DNA from: Kiritimatiellia bacterium
Lineage (GTDB): Bacteria; Verrucomicrobiota; Kiritimatiellia; RFP12; JAAYLN01
Assembly (NCBI GenBank): GCA_017962605.1
Contig: JAGCUY010000084.1
Span: forward strand, 1-51,280
DNA: 51,280 nucleotides
Direction of reading: 5' to 3'
The position numbers were made by a program, and so were the translations under genes. Below the pieces are notes generated by a model that was given only the letters and a program-made list of their open reading frames with translations, was not told where the DNA came from and made no database searches. Shown here one piece after another: positions 27,767 to 36,668 of this stretch; position 1 is the first letter of the stretch, and each line of letters starts with the position of its first letter.

Positions 27767-28057
27767 ATGGAACCAGAACCGAAACTCCCCCAGATGCCGT
27801 CGCTCCCCCCGCTTCCAAGCATGCCTGCCGCGCCGGCCCTACAGCAGTTGCCTCAGCCTCCTTCGCAGGCCGCAGATCCGTTCAAGGCGTTTGACACTGC
27901 GTTCAACCAAAGCCTGAACGCGGCCATTTCTGGCGGGCTTGACGCCGTCCAGGCGCTGGCGCAACCGGTTGTGCCGCCATCGGCGCCGTCCGCTCCGGCA
28001 CCGTCAAAATACTCCCTCCCTGGCGTTTCACAGCCAGAAGTCCCCGGCACTGTTTAA
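27767..28057 (+). CDS. Small Pro/Ala/Ser-rich protein of unknown function
   Basis: The 96-aa ORF is tightly packed between neighbours. It reads PSLPPLPSMPAAPALQQLPQPPSQ...PSAPSAPAPS. Confidence 0.35.
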   Translation: MEPEPKLPQMPSLPPLPSMPAAPALQQLPQPPSQAADPFKAFDTAFNQSLNAAISGGLDAVQALAQPVVPPSAPSAPAPSKYSLPGVSQPEVPGTV

Positions 28058-28073
28058 AAATGAGGAGGCAATC

Positions 28074-28709
28074 ATGGGCTTTTTAGATTTTCTGCTGCCA
28101 AAAGAGCGCGCACGCAAGGCTAGACGCGACCGCCGCCACGCTTTCCGCGAGGCCGAGAGGGCAATAGACTCCGTCAAGGAGAGACAGAGGGATTTGGAAA
28201 AGGAGGCGAAGAAGCAGTGGGTGGCGGCCCGCGAGGCCACGAAGAACGGCGAGAAGGCCGCAGCGCAGCGCGCCCTCGTAGCCTACCGCGCCTCGCAGAC
28301 GCTCATTCTCAAGCTTGAGCAGAAGCGCTGGCTCTTCGAGCAGTATTACACCAAGATGCAGGTGGCCGGCTCCGATTCCCAGTTTGCGTCGGCGCTCGGC
28401 GCGCTGAACAAAGTTGTGGACATCGATCCCGAAAAGGTCATGGATGTTTTTGATACCGCCAACGACCTCCTCGGGGAGCAAGCCGACAGCGACCGTTTCT
28501 GGGAAAAGATGTATAACAAGGAGGCAGAAGGCGCCACCACCGCCGCCGAGGACCGGATTCCGTCAATGGAAGACCTCGGAGCGCAGCTTGAGCAGGAGGT
28601 CGCAGCCGAACTCGGCGGTGCGGCCGCGCCCGCCGCGGCCGCCGGTGAAATTGACTCGCGCATCGCGGCAGGGCAGGAACGCGTCCGCTCCTTGCTTGAA
28701 GGCAAATAG
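28074..28709 (+). CDS. ESCRT-III (Snf7/CHMP family)-like protein
   Basis: Start was chosen at ATG 28074, with RBS gaggagg 6 nt upstream. The first ~40 residues are basic and the last ~80 acidic. KNGEKAAAQRALVAYRASQTLILKLEQKRWLFEQYYTKMQVAGSDSQFASALGALNKVVDIDPEKVMDVFDTANDLLGEQADS aligns with Snf7 KKGNKEAAKILAKQLVRKRKQIEKLYAQKAQLESVEMQLE...AMKAMNKNMDIDKVDDLMDEIQEQMELADE. A C-terminal amphipathic helix could serve as a MIT-interacting motif. Confidence 0.6.
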   Translation: MGFLDFLLPKERARKARRDRRHAFREAERAIDSVKERQRDLEKEAKKQWVAAREATKNGEKAAAQRALVAYRASQTLILKLEQKRWLFEQYYTKMQVAGSDSQFASALGALNKVVDIDPEKVMDVFDTANDLLGEQADSDRFWEKMYNKEAEGATTAAEDRIPSMEDLGAQLEQEVAAELGGAAAPAAAAGEIDSRIAAGQERVRSLLEGK

Positions 28710-28726
28710 TAAAGGAGGGATGAACC

Positions 28727-29095
28727 ATGAGTGAAATGTCTCACAAGGAAGTTGCGGAGCGACTGGACGGCTATCGTGCCCGGCGCGCCGCCAGGAGATT
28801 TGCGGCAATTGCGGCGATAGTCGTTGTCGTCGTCGCCGCAGTGGGGGTCACAATGCGGATGTCGGCCGCGCACGACGCCGCCATCGCCGAAAAAGCCCGC
28901 GTGGAGTCTATTCTCCAAAAGCCGCTTCTGGAATGGAGCGAGGCCGAACGCGCCGAGTTCCCGGAGGAATACGAGAACCGCCGCCAGAAGGAGCGCGCCA
29001 TGAACCCCGCGCTTTGGACGGCCGCCGAAAAGAAGACGGAGTGGTGGCGCTACTCCAAGCTGCTGTTGAAGAGCAAGCTCAGGCGCCGTAAGTAG
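28727..29095 (+). CDS. Small single-pass membrane protein
   Basis: The TM segment is FAAIAAIVVVVVAAVGV. The C-terminus is basic and Trp-containing. Confidence 0.4.
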   Translation: MSEMSHKEVAERLDGYRARRAARRFAAIAAIVVVVVAAVGVTMRMSAAHDAAIAEKARVESILQKPLLEWSEAERAEFPEEYENRRQKERAMNPALWTAAEKKTEWWRYSKLLLKSKLRRRK

Positions 29096-29110
29096 TCCCG
29101 CCATTTCTCT

Positions 29111-30259
29111 GTGGACATGAGCTTCTATTCCGACAAGAAGACCGAGCACGAAACCGCGTGCGAGGCGGCGATCAAGGCTGGGGACACGGCCTCCGCCATA
29201 TTCCACGCCGCCAAGGCGGCGGAGTTCTGCTACATCCTTGCCAGGGAAACATCCGGGCCGGTTTCAGCAAGCTACGTCGCCACCGCCGATGGCTGGCTGG
29301 AAATCGCCGAAAAGCTCAGAACGACCCCTCTTCCCAAAGGCAAGGCGGACATTAGGCCCGAGCCCCACGGAGAGTCGGGCCGTTCAGGCGAGCCGTCCAC
29401 CGCGCCTCCTTCCCCTTCTTCCGAATTCCAAATCACCGCCGATACGGGCGTCTCCTTCGACGACATCGACGGCATGGCCGCCGCCAAGGCCGCCATCTAC
29501 GACATGGTGATAAACCCCATGCTCCAGCCGGAGAAGGCGAAGGCGCTCAACATCAAGCCAGGCGGCGGCGTCCTCCTCTACGGCCCCCCCGGCAACGGCA
29601 AGACGTTGTTCGGCAAGGCCATCGCCCACGAAATCAAGGCGCCATTCTTCTTTGCCTCCGGCGCCCAGATCCGCTCCAAGTGGCACGGTGAGAGCGAGCA
29701 GAAGCTCTCCAGCCTTATCCACGCCGCCCAAGCCGAACCCGTGGCCGTCCTTTTCCTCGACGAAATCGACGGTCTGCTCCCCCGACGCACCGAGAACTCC
29801 TCGGCCGTTGACAACCGCCTCGTCACGCAGTTCCTCGCAGACGTCGGCGGTTTTAGGGACAGCCCCAACACACTCCTCATCCTCGGCGCCACAAACAAGC
29901 CCTGGGAGATTGACGAGGCCGTCTTCCGCACAGGCCGCTTCGACGAGAAGCTGCACATCGGCATTCCTGACGCGGCCGCGCGTCTCGGGATGCTGCGTCG
30001 CACCTTCAAGAACGCGCCGCTTGAAGCGGATGTCAACTTGGACAACTGGGCGGCGCGTCTCGAAAACTACTCTGGATCCGACATCGTGGGGATTGCCCGC
30101 AAGGCATGCCAGATCGCATTCCGGCGCTCAATCGACGAATCCTCCGATCCGCTTGTCCGAGCCTCCGACCTCGAACAGGCCGTCCGAGCGATTCCCTCAT
30201 CAATCACCCCGGCGCTCCTAGCCCAATACGAAGCCTTCGACAGGCAGCGCTTTGGCTAG
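29111..30259 (+). CDS. MIT-domain AAA ATPase of the Vps4/katanin/spastin (meiotic) clade
   Basis: The N-terminal ~70 residues form a 3-helix MIT-like region (AIKAGDTASAIFHAAKAAEFCYILARE...YVATADGWLEIAEKL). Walker A is GVLLYGPPGNGKT and Walker B VLFLDEIDGL. SRH GATNKPWEIDEAVFRTGRFDEKLHIGIPD carries the clade-specific PW. Confidence 0.7.
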   Translation: MDMSFYSDKKTEHETACEAAIKAGDTASAIFHAAKAAEFCYILARETSGPVSASYVATADGWLEIAEKLRTTPLPKGKADIRPEPHGESGRSGEPSTAPPSPSSEFQITADTGVSFDDIDGMAAAKAAIYDMVINPMLQPEKAKALNIKPGGGVLLYGPPGNGKTLFGKAIAHEIKAPFFFASGAQIRSKWHGESEQKLSSLIHAAQAEPVAVLFLDEIDGLLPRRTENSSAVDNRLVTQFLADVGGFRDSPNTLLILGATNKPWEIDEAVFRTGRFDEKLHIGIPDAAARLGMLRRTFKNAPLEADVNLDNWAARLENYSGSDIVGIARKACQIAFRRSIDESSDPLVRASDLEQAVRAIPSSITPALLAQYEAFDRQRFG

Positions 30260-30320
30260 CTAACACCTAAATCCATTTGACGTTTCATCACTGATTTTTG
30301 TATTATAAACACTGCCCGCC

Positions 30321-32828
30321 ATGAATTACTACCTACGCAAAAACGGCAATGTCGTCGGCCCGATGTCTCAGCCCGACTTCCTCGCCCGCATCGCTTCCGG
30401 CGAGTATTCAGCCACAGACGAAATGTCCACGGACGGCAAAGTCTGGACGCGTTTGGGCCTCACCGGATACGCGCGCTCCATCCAGCAGGCGCGCTTTGTC
30501 TCCACACCGCGCCTCGACTCGGTCGTGCGCGACCTTACTGGGCAATCCCCGGCAAATGGAGATGCACCGGCCGGCGACGAGACGCAGAAGGCACCGCAGA
30601 AGACGGCGTTCCCCGCAACCCCGCAGCCGGCTTACCGCCGCTCCTCCCCGGCGAGGAAGGCGATTTCCGTCCTAGTGGTTCTCCTCCTCGCCGCCATCGC
30701 GGCGCTGGCGTTTTTCCTCCTGCGGTCCGGGGAAAAATGTAGCGAATCTGGAACCTGTTCCATTATCGATGATCCGCCCACTCAGGGAAAACGGTGTGCG
30801 CTTTTGGTTGCCCTCGACGAGTATGATCCGCAAAAGTACAACGGGCAGCCGCCTAACAGCCGGAAAGGGAGCGGCAGGGCGGATTTATCCAACATGGAAG
30901 CCGCGTGCCGCGAACTTGGCGCCTTCGACAAGGTGGTCACGCTTCATGACTCCCAGGCTACGGTCGCTGCAATTCGCGGACATTTGAAAGAAATGGAAAA
31001 TACGCTTGGCGATGGCGACGAGTTCTTGTTTTTCTTCTCAAGCCATGGGGGGAGGACCGACAAGTATTCGAGCGACAAGGACACGTTTCTTTGCGCCTAT
31101 GATGGCTTGTACTGGGAAGAACTCATAAGGAGGGATTTCCTTGGATTCGGGAAAGGCGTTCGGGTGGTTTCCATAATAAGTGCCTGCCATTCTGCCGGGT
31201 TGTTCGAAAAAAACGCATTCGGCAACATGGCTGGTAATGGGGCTTTCGATTCCCGTGAATTTTTGAGCCACATGGCGGACACCGACGGGAAGCGTCTTGC
31301 TGGAGAAAAGATTTCCGAACTGGACATAGGATGGATTGTGTCGGCCGAGAAAGACCAGTCGAGTTTGCGTTCTAGCAACGGCACAGGAAGTCTTTTCGGT
31401 TCGTATGCGATTGTCAGGGAAGGGTGGAATGGAGGCGCGGCCGATGGCCTCGTCGATGCAGTGGTGTCTAAAAACGGCGCCAAGGCGGTTTCATCAACCG
31501 ATGAGTTCCTGAAAGTTGATTCCATTGACGTTCAAGACCCATGTGGAAAGGTGTCTTTTCTTGATTTGGCCCTGTATGCTGTCAGAAAGTGGAAAGATGT
31601 TCATTGGCAGGATAAAGGGAAGGACTTCCAATCGGTTCCACAATTCGTCAACCCGAATGTTCTGAAGGCGTTTGTCGCAGGCAGGACGGGGTCTGTCGGA
31701 AAAGACACGTCAATAGAAACGATTGACGATAATTCTGCGCTTGTAGCCAAGGCCGCGCCGGTCATGGCGGCGGTGGCGACCAAGGCGGCGGCAATGAACG
31801 CATCCGCCTCCACTGCGACAGGGACGGCCGCGAAGGGCGCGGGGGCGGGGCGGGGAATGCTGCCGTCCGAGTTCGCCGCAAAGGCGATGAAGGAGGCGTC
31901 CGCCTCCAAGGCCGCGACAGCCGATGGCAGGGTGCGCACAATGGAGGAGATGTTTTCCGCGATGGAGCGGGAGGACGTCTCGCCGGTGAAGCAGGCGGTG
32001 TCGATGGACGACCCTCTGGTGAAGAAGGCGCTGGCGAAATACATCGCCCCGTCCGCCGAGTCGCAGAAGCTCCTGCTCACCAACATTCTGAACAGCGAGC
32101 ATGTTCTCGAAAAGTTCTCCGACGTGGCGAAGAATACGCGCTTTGAATACCTTGCGGCGGACGATGTTGTCAATGCCGACTCCTCCATCGGCCGCGACGG
32201 AGACGCCGAGTTCGGCCGCATCCGCCTCTACGGCGGTCTTGTCCGCATGGCCCGCGCCATGGGCGCCGTCCTCTGCTTTGGTGACCCGGCGCGCTCCAGC
32301 GATGAAAAGGTCCTGCTTGGATTCCTGCTCGACCTCGGCTCCGCCATCCGCAAGGCCGGGAACCATTTTTCGCGCGACGAAATGATGGCGCTCATGGAGC
32401 GCCACGGCGTCGATCCCGCCGGCTTCGCCTCGACAGTCGGACGCTCCAGCGCCGAAAAGGTCGCAAACGCCATCGTGGAGTCCGTTCTCGCCCATGAATT
32501 CGGCCACATCGCGAAGGGCCATCTCAACGGCGGCGACGCAAACCACGTCGTGTCGCAGATTGAGGAAAAGGAGGCCGACCTATTTGCCTCCACTATCGCC
32601 GCATCAGTGCCGGAAGGGGCGGAGGTGTTTGCCGGGCAGGTGTTGTCGATGATCGTGTTCTCCTTCATCGATGACGGCACGGGCGAGCGTCTGCGCACCC
32701 ACCCCGTGCCGCGTGAGCGCGTAATTGACGCCATCCGCGCCAATCCAGACTATGCAGCCGCCGCCAAGCTCACGGAGGAGGGAGTCCGTGCATTCTACAA
32801 AGCGATTGACGAAAGGAAGGGGGAGTAA
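30321..32828 (+). CDS. Multidomain membrane protease: N-terminal DUF4339/GYF-like domain, one TM, a caspase-like peptidase C14 domain, and a C-terminal HExxH (M48/HtpX-like) metallopeptidase domain
   Basis: The N-terminus is YYLRKNGNVVGPMSQPDFLARIASGEYSATDEMSTDGKVWTRLG (DUF4339-like). The TM is ISVLVVLLLAAIAALAFFLL. The caspase His-Gly (FFFSSHGG) and Cys (IISACHSAG) dyad is present. HEFGHIAKGH...EEKEADLFA matches the M48 motif HExxH...E(x)EAD. Confidence 0.6.
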   Translation: MNYYLRKNGNVVGPMSQPDFLARIASGEYSATDEMSTDGKVWTRLGLTGYARSIQQARFVSTPRLDSVVRDLTGQSPANGDAPAGDETQKAPQKTAFPATPQPAYRRSSPARKAISVLVVLLLAAIAALAFFLLRSGEKCSESGTCSIIDDPPTQGKRCALLVALDEYDPQKYNGQPPNSRKGSGRADLSNMEAACRELGAFDKVVTLHDSQATVAAIRGHLKEMENTLGDGDEFLFFFSSHGGRTDKYSSDKDTFLCAYDGLYWEELIRRDFLGFGKGVRVVSIISACHSAGLFEKNAFGNMAGNGAFDSREFLSHMADTDGKRLAGEKISELDIGWIVSAEKDQSSLRSSNGTGSLFGSYAIVREGWNGGAADGLVDAVVSKNGAKAVSSTDEFLKVDSIDVQDPCGKVSFLDLALYAVRKWKDVHWQDKGKDFQSVPQFVNPNVLKAFVAGRTGSVGKDTSIETIDDNSALVAKAAPVMAAVATKAAAMNASASTATGTAAKGAGAGRGMLPSEFAAKAMKEASASKAATADGRVRTMEEMFSAMEREDVSPVKQAVSMDDPLVKKALAKYIAPSAESQKLLLTNILNSEHVLEKFSDVAKNTRFEYLAADDVVNADSSIGRDGDAEFGRIRLYGGLVRMARAMGAVLCFGDPARSSDEKVLLGFLLDLGSAIRKAGNHFSRDEMMALMERHGVDPAGFASTVGRSSAEKVANAIVESVLAHEFGHIAKGHLNGGDANHVVSQIEEKEADLFASTIAASVPEGAEVFAGQVLSMIVFSFIDDGTGERLRTHPVPRERVIDAIRANPDYAAAAKLTEEGVRAFYKAIDERKGE

Positions 32829-32832
32829 TCCT

Positions 32833-35319
32833 ATGAAAAAAGCCGTTCATACCGTCCTGCTCGCAACCGCGCTGCCGCTTGCCGTCAGCGCTGCCACGCC
32901 GCTTCTCCTGCCCGGTGGCGCAAAGACGCTCGCTCCCGGAAGCACCGAGGAAACGCGCAAGTCGCTCGTAGCCGTCGGCAAGTCGCTCGCGGAAGACACT
33001 TCAACCGATGTCTGGATTGTCCAATACGACCCTGAAAAGACGATGGCCTCCGCCATCCGCAACCTCGTTTCAAGCGTAGGCGCACAACTCCTTTCGCCAG
33101 TCGCAGGCGGCGCGTATCTCGTCCGCGCCACAAAGGCCCAGCAGCTTGCCATTCTTGAGAGCGGGCAAATCGAGGCGACGCGCCAATATGACCCCTCCGA
33201 CAAGTGCGCGCCAATCAATGATTCCGGGCTGGCGAAAGGATTCGCCTTGGGCGGCGCGAGTTCCGGAGACGCGGTTTTCGTCGTGTCCGCCTTCGACGGG
33301 GCCGACAACGCCGCCCTCCGCGAGCAGGTCGCCGCCCTGAAGGGGTGCGAAGTGCTGGACGGAGGCGAAGGGATCTTGCGCGTCCGCATGACGGCGGCGG
33401 GCCGTGCCGCAGCAGCAGCGCTTCCGGAAGTCGCGTCCATCGGCGAATGGATTGAACCCCGGCTCATCAACGATGTCGCCGTCCAGGCCATGCACGTCAA
33501 TTCCATCTGGCCATCGCGCCAGGCACCGGCACAGACGGATAAAGCAGTCTCCAATGTCCGGGACGCCGCCCCGGAGAGTCGTCGCGTCACCGCCGTGGAC
33601 TTTTTCTCGAAAGGGTTGCTGACGGCAGACGGCTTCGACGCGTCGGAGCCGAAGGTCGCACGGAACGCGCCGCGGCAATCCGAGGCCAAGGAGACCATTG
33701 CCGCAGTGGAAAGCGCATCCTCGGCCACCACGACTTCGCTCGGACTCACCGGGAAGGGGCAAATCGTCGCCGTTTGCGACACAGGGCTCGACACCGGAAA
33801 CCTTTCGACGCTCCATCCCGACGTGCGCGGACGTATTGTCAAGACGTTCGCCTACGGACGGCCCGCCGAAAAGCAGAACTGGACGGGCGACTGGAGCGAC
33901 GAGTCTGGACACGGCACGCACGTTGCCGGTTCCGTTCTTGGAAACGGCGCCGCTTCCGGCGGCAAGTACACGGGGCCCGCATACGAGGCGCGAATCGTGT
34001 TTCAATCGCATGGCAGCAAGCAGTTCTGGGTGGAGGACAAAAACGGGAACCGTCGTCTCACAACCAAGATAACTGGATTTGGGAATTTGGCATCTATCGG
34101 GGTCAACCCGTACAGCGCTGTGCTTGTACATGCCTATCAATCCACAGACCAGGACGGCAATTCGCCTAAAATCCATTCAAATAGCTGGGGAGGAAACGCC
34201 GAGGGGGAGTATGCCGATTCGTCGCGGAGTTTCGACCTCGTCTCTTTCTTTCTGCCGGATTTTCTGACGGTCGTTGCGGCGGGCAACGAAGGCGTTGACC
34301 ATAAACCGCCTTACGGCGTCATTGACCCGGGAAGCATGGGGTCTCCGGCGACTGCAAAAAACTGCCTCACGGTCGGTGCGGCGGAAAATTACCGCAACAA
34401 CGGTGGGTATTCAGAAAAAGTATGGTCTTTTGGAAGTTGGGAAGAAGATTTCCCGAACAATCCGATCGCCCAGGATTTCATCTCGCGTCCCCAATCCGGC
34501 TCACAAGGCATGGCCGCGTTTTCATCGCGCGGGCCATGCCTGGACGGCAGGGTGAAACCGGATGTTGTCGCTCCTGGAACAGACATCCTGTCCGTTCGGT
34601 CGAGGGCGAAGCCGCAAATTCCATCTTCGTGGGGGCCCTTTGACGAATTCTACCATTTTTGCGGCGGCACAAGCATGGCGTGCCCCCTCGTCGCCGGCAC
34701 GGCGGCGCTCGTGCGGCAATGGCTCGTGGAGCGCAAGGGAGTTGCGAATCCCGACGCCGCCACGATGAAGGCGATTCTTTGCGCCGGTGCTAAGTCCCTC
34801 GCCCCAGGACAATACGGCACGGGGCAATATCGTGAAATCCCGGCAGTTTGGGAAGGCGACGATCCAAAGAAGTATCCCAACAACGTCGAGGGTTGGGGCA
34901 TGGTGGATTTGGAGAATTCTGTTGCCAATCCCGACGGCGTCGCATTCCGGGATGGCCAAATAATCTCCGAGGGCGAATCCCTGACATTCCGCGTCAAAGT
35001 GCCCGGTGGCAGACCGCTCTGCATCCTGATGGCCTATTCCGACGCGCCCGCGACATCCTTTTCCGGCGGTCTCATCAACGATATCGACCTCACCGTGACC
35101 GATCCGTCTGGAAAGCTCTGGTTCCCGAACTGCAACGACGGCCCGGATCGCGTGAACAACGTCGAGGGCGTCCGCTGGGACTCCGCCCCGGCTGGCGAAT
35201 ACATCGCGACTGTCCGCGCCGCGTCCATTCAGAGTCCAATGGATCAAAAACTCACGAACGGCCGCGAAAACGCGGCCCGATTCTCGCTCGTCGCGAACGG
35301 AGCACGGGAAATTCTGTAG
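32833..35319 (+). CDS. Subtilisin-like serine protease (peptidase S8) with signal peptide and a duplicated N-terminal pro-region
   Basis: Start was chosen at ATG 32833 (MKKAVHTVLLATALPLAVSA). The catalytic triad motifs are VAVCDTGLD (Asp), HGTHVAGSV (His) and GGTSMACPLVAGTAALV (Ser). Confidence 0.8.
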   Translation: MKKAVHTVLLATALPLAVSAATPLLLPGGAKTLAPGSTEETRKSLVAVGKSLAEDTSTDVWIVQYDPEKTMASAIRNLVSSVGAQLLSPVAGGAYLVRATKAQQLAILESGQIEATRQYDPSDKCAPINDSGLAKGFALGGASSGDAVFVVSAFDGADNAALREQVAALKGCEVLDGGEGILRVRMTAAGRAAAAALPEVASIGEWIEPRLINDVAVQAMHVNSIWPSRQAPAQTDKAVSNVRDAAPESRRVTAVDFFSKGLLTADGFDASEPKVARNAPRQSEAKETIAAVESASSATTTSLGLTGKGQIVAVCDTGLDTGNLSTLHPDVRGRIVKTFAYGRPAEKQNWTGDWSDESGHGTHVAGSVLGNGAASGGKYTGPAYEARIVFQSHGSKQFWVEDKNGNRRLTTKITGFGNLASIGVNPYSAVLVHAYQSTDQDGNSPKIHSNSWGGNAEGEYADSSRSFDLVSFFLPDFLTVVAAGNEGVDHKPPYGVIDPGSMGSPATAKNCLTVGAAENYRNNGGYSEKVWSFGSWEEDFPNNPIAQDFISRPQSGSQGMAAFSSRGPCLDGRVKPDVVAPGTDILSVRSRAKPQIPSSWGPFDEFYHFCGGTSMACPLVAGTAALVRQWLVERKGVANPDAATMKAILCAGAKSLAPGQYGTGQYREIPAVWEGDDPKKYPNNVEGWGMVDLENSVANPDGVAFRDGQIISEGESLTFRVKVPGGRPLCILMAYSDAPATSFSGGLINDIDLTVTDPSGKLWFPNCNDGPDRVNNVEGVRWDSAPAGEYIATVRAASIQSPMDQKLTNGRENAARFSLVANGAREIL

Positions 35320-35329
35320 GAACCGAATC

Positions 35330-36664
35330 ATGAAAACATCATTCAAATCCTTCAACCGTCTGCTTTGCGCCATTTCGCTCGGCGCAGCCTTCGCCGCTCC
35401 TCCGGCTGGCGCCCGCGAGACCTTACTGGATACGGATGTAACCTTCTTTGGCTCTGTGGTCTTCCAACCGGGCCAGGAGGCCGCATCCTTCAAGCCGCGG
35501 AATCCGCCCGTGCTTCTCGGCATACAGGCATTTGACGACGGGTCGCTCGTGATGCGCGGATCTGATTCCAGCGGCAATGGGGCGACAATGGACTACGCCA
35601 TCGCGGACATCATCGGGCAGGAAAGCGGCTCTCCAATGCTGGCGTTCGCCTCCCAGACCGCTATTTCGTTCGTTTTCTTTTCAAATGAGGACGGTTTTGT
35701 CGAACTTGACTTTATACAGGACCAGGGACTGCTGCTCACCCCGCTTGACATCGGAGACACCCGCCAGGGGCGCGCCGCCGAGATGGAAGGAGGCGCAATG
35801 CCCATTGTTTCCATTTCCCGCTTGGGCGAAATCGACTCCTGGGTGACGAGTCGATTTTCCGGAGGCGGGTCAACGGCTTCGTCCGCGCTAGATTTTGTCT
35901 CCTCGCCCGGTGCGATGTCTGCGTCGGCGGAATACTCTGGGCTTTCGGCATTCTCCGGGGCGTTTCGGCATCTCCGGGACACAGACGGCGCAGCGTTCGA
36001 CACAGGCGTCAAGGCGGATGCGTCCGATCCGGGGCAGACTCTTTCGCACACCGAGTGGGGCACTCTCTTCCAGCTTCCCACAAGCCCCAGAAACCGGAAC
36101 ATGCAGTTTGAATACCGCAAGCATCCAGCAGTGTGCACTGTCCAGGTTTCCGACAGAGCCGTCACCATGATGGGGGAGGGGTCGCTCAAGGGAACTGTCA
36201 CCTATCGCGGGCCTCTTCAGGCCGGCGGACGCGAGTTCAGGGTTTACGAGACAACGACCTGCGCCGAACACATTGTGGTCTCACCGGAAGGGGACATTGT
36301 GTATTTTTTCCACGTCCCGGGGCAGTTCTACCGGATTCTCCTCTTTGACAGGGGCGACACCGTGGAGCGGCGCACGAGGGAGTCGATGTCTGCCTCGAAC
36401 AGGTTTCCCGGCTTCCCGTTCCCCGAAATCCAGGAATTGTCCAAGTGGTGCTTTGCGCAGCCCGTCCACGCCGACCCCTCGAAAGGGCCAAATCCACGCA
36501 CCGGCAAGTATGAACGGGCTAAATGCCCGCGGTGCCATGGGAAGGGGACAGTCCCGCATGTAATACCTAAATATGGGGAGGGCGGGCCGTGCGACTGCGG
36601 GGTGCCGGGTTGCACTTTCAAGGAAGTTTACCATATCCACGTTCCCTGCCCGATGTGTGAGTGA
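35330..36664 (+). CDS. Secreted hypothetical protein with a C-terminal DnaJ-type zinc-finger-like motif (CPRCHGKG...CDCGVPGC...CPMC)
   Basis: The signal peptide is MKTSFKSFNRLLCAISLGAAFAAPPAGA. The C-terminus is Cys-rich. Confidence 0.45.
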   Translation: MKTSFKSFNRLLCAISLGAAFAAPPAGARETLLDTDVTFFGSVVFQPGQEAASFKPRNPPVLLGIQAFDDGSLVMRGSDSSGNGATMDYAIADIIGQESGSPMLAFASQTAISFVFFSNEDGFVELDFIQDQGLLLTPLDIGDTRQGRAAEMEGGAMPIVSISRLGEIDSWVTSRFSGGGSTASSALDFVSSPGAMSASAEYSGLSAFSGAFRHLRDTDGAAFDTGVKADASDPGQTLSHTEWGTLFQLPTSPRNRNMQFEYRKHPAVCTVQVSDRAVTMMGEGSLKGTVTYRGPLQAGGREFRVYETTTCAEHIVVSPEGDIVYFFHVPGQFYRILLFDRGDTVERRTRESMSASNRFPGFPFPEIQELSKWCFAQPVHADPSKGPNPRTGKYERAKCPRCHGKGTVPHVIPKYGEGGPCDCGVPGCTFKEVYHIHVPCPMCE

Positions 36665-36668
36665 AACC

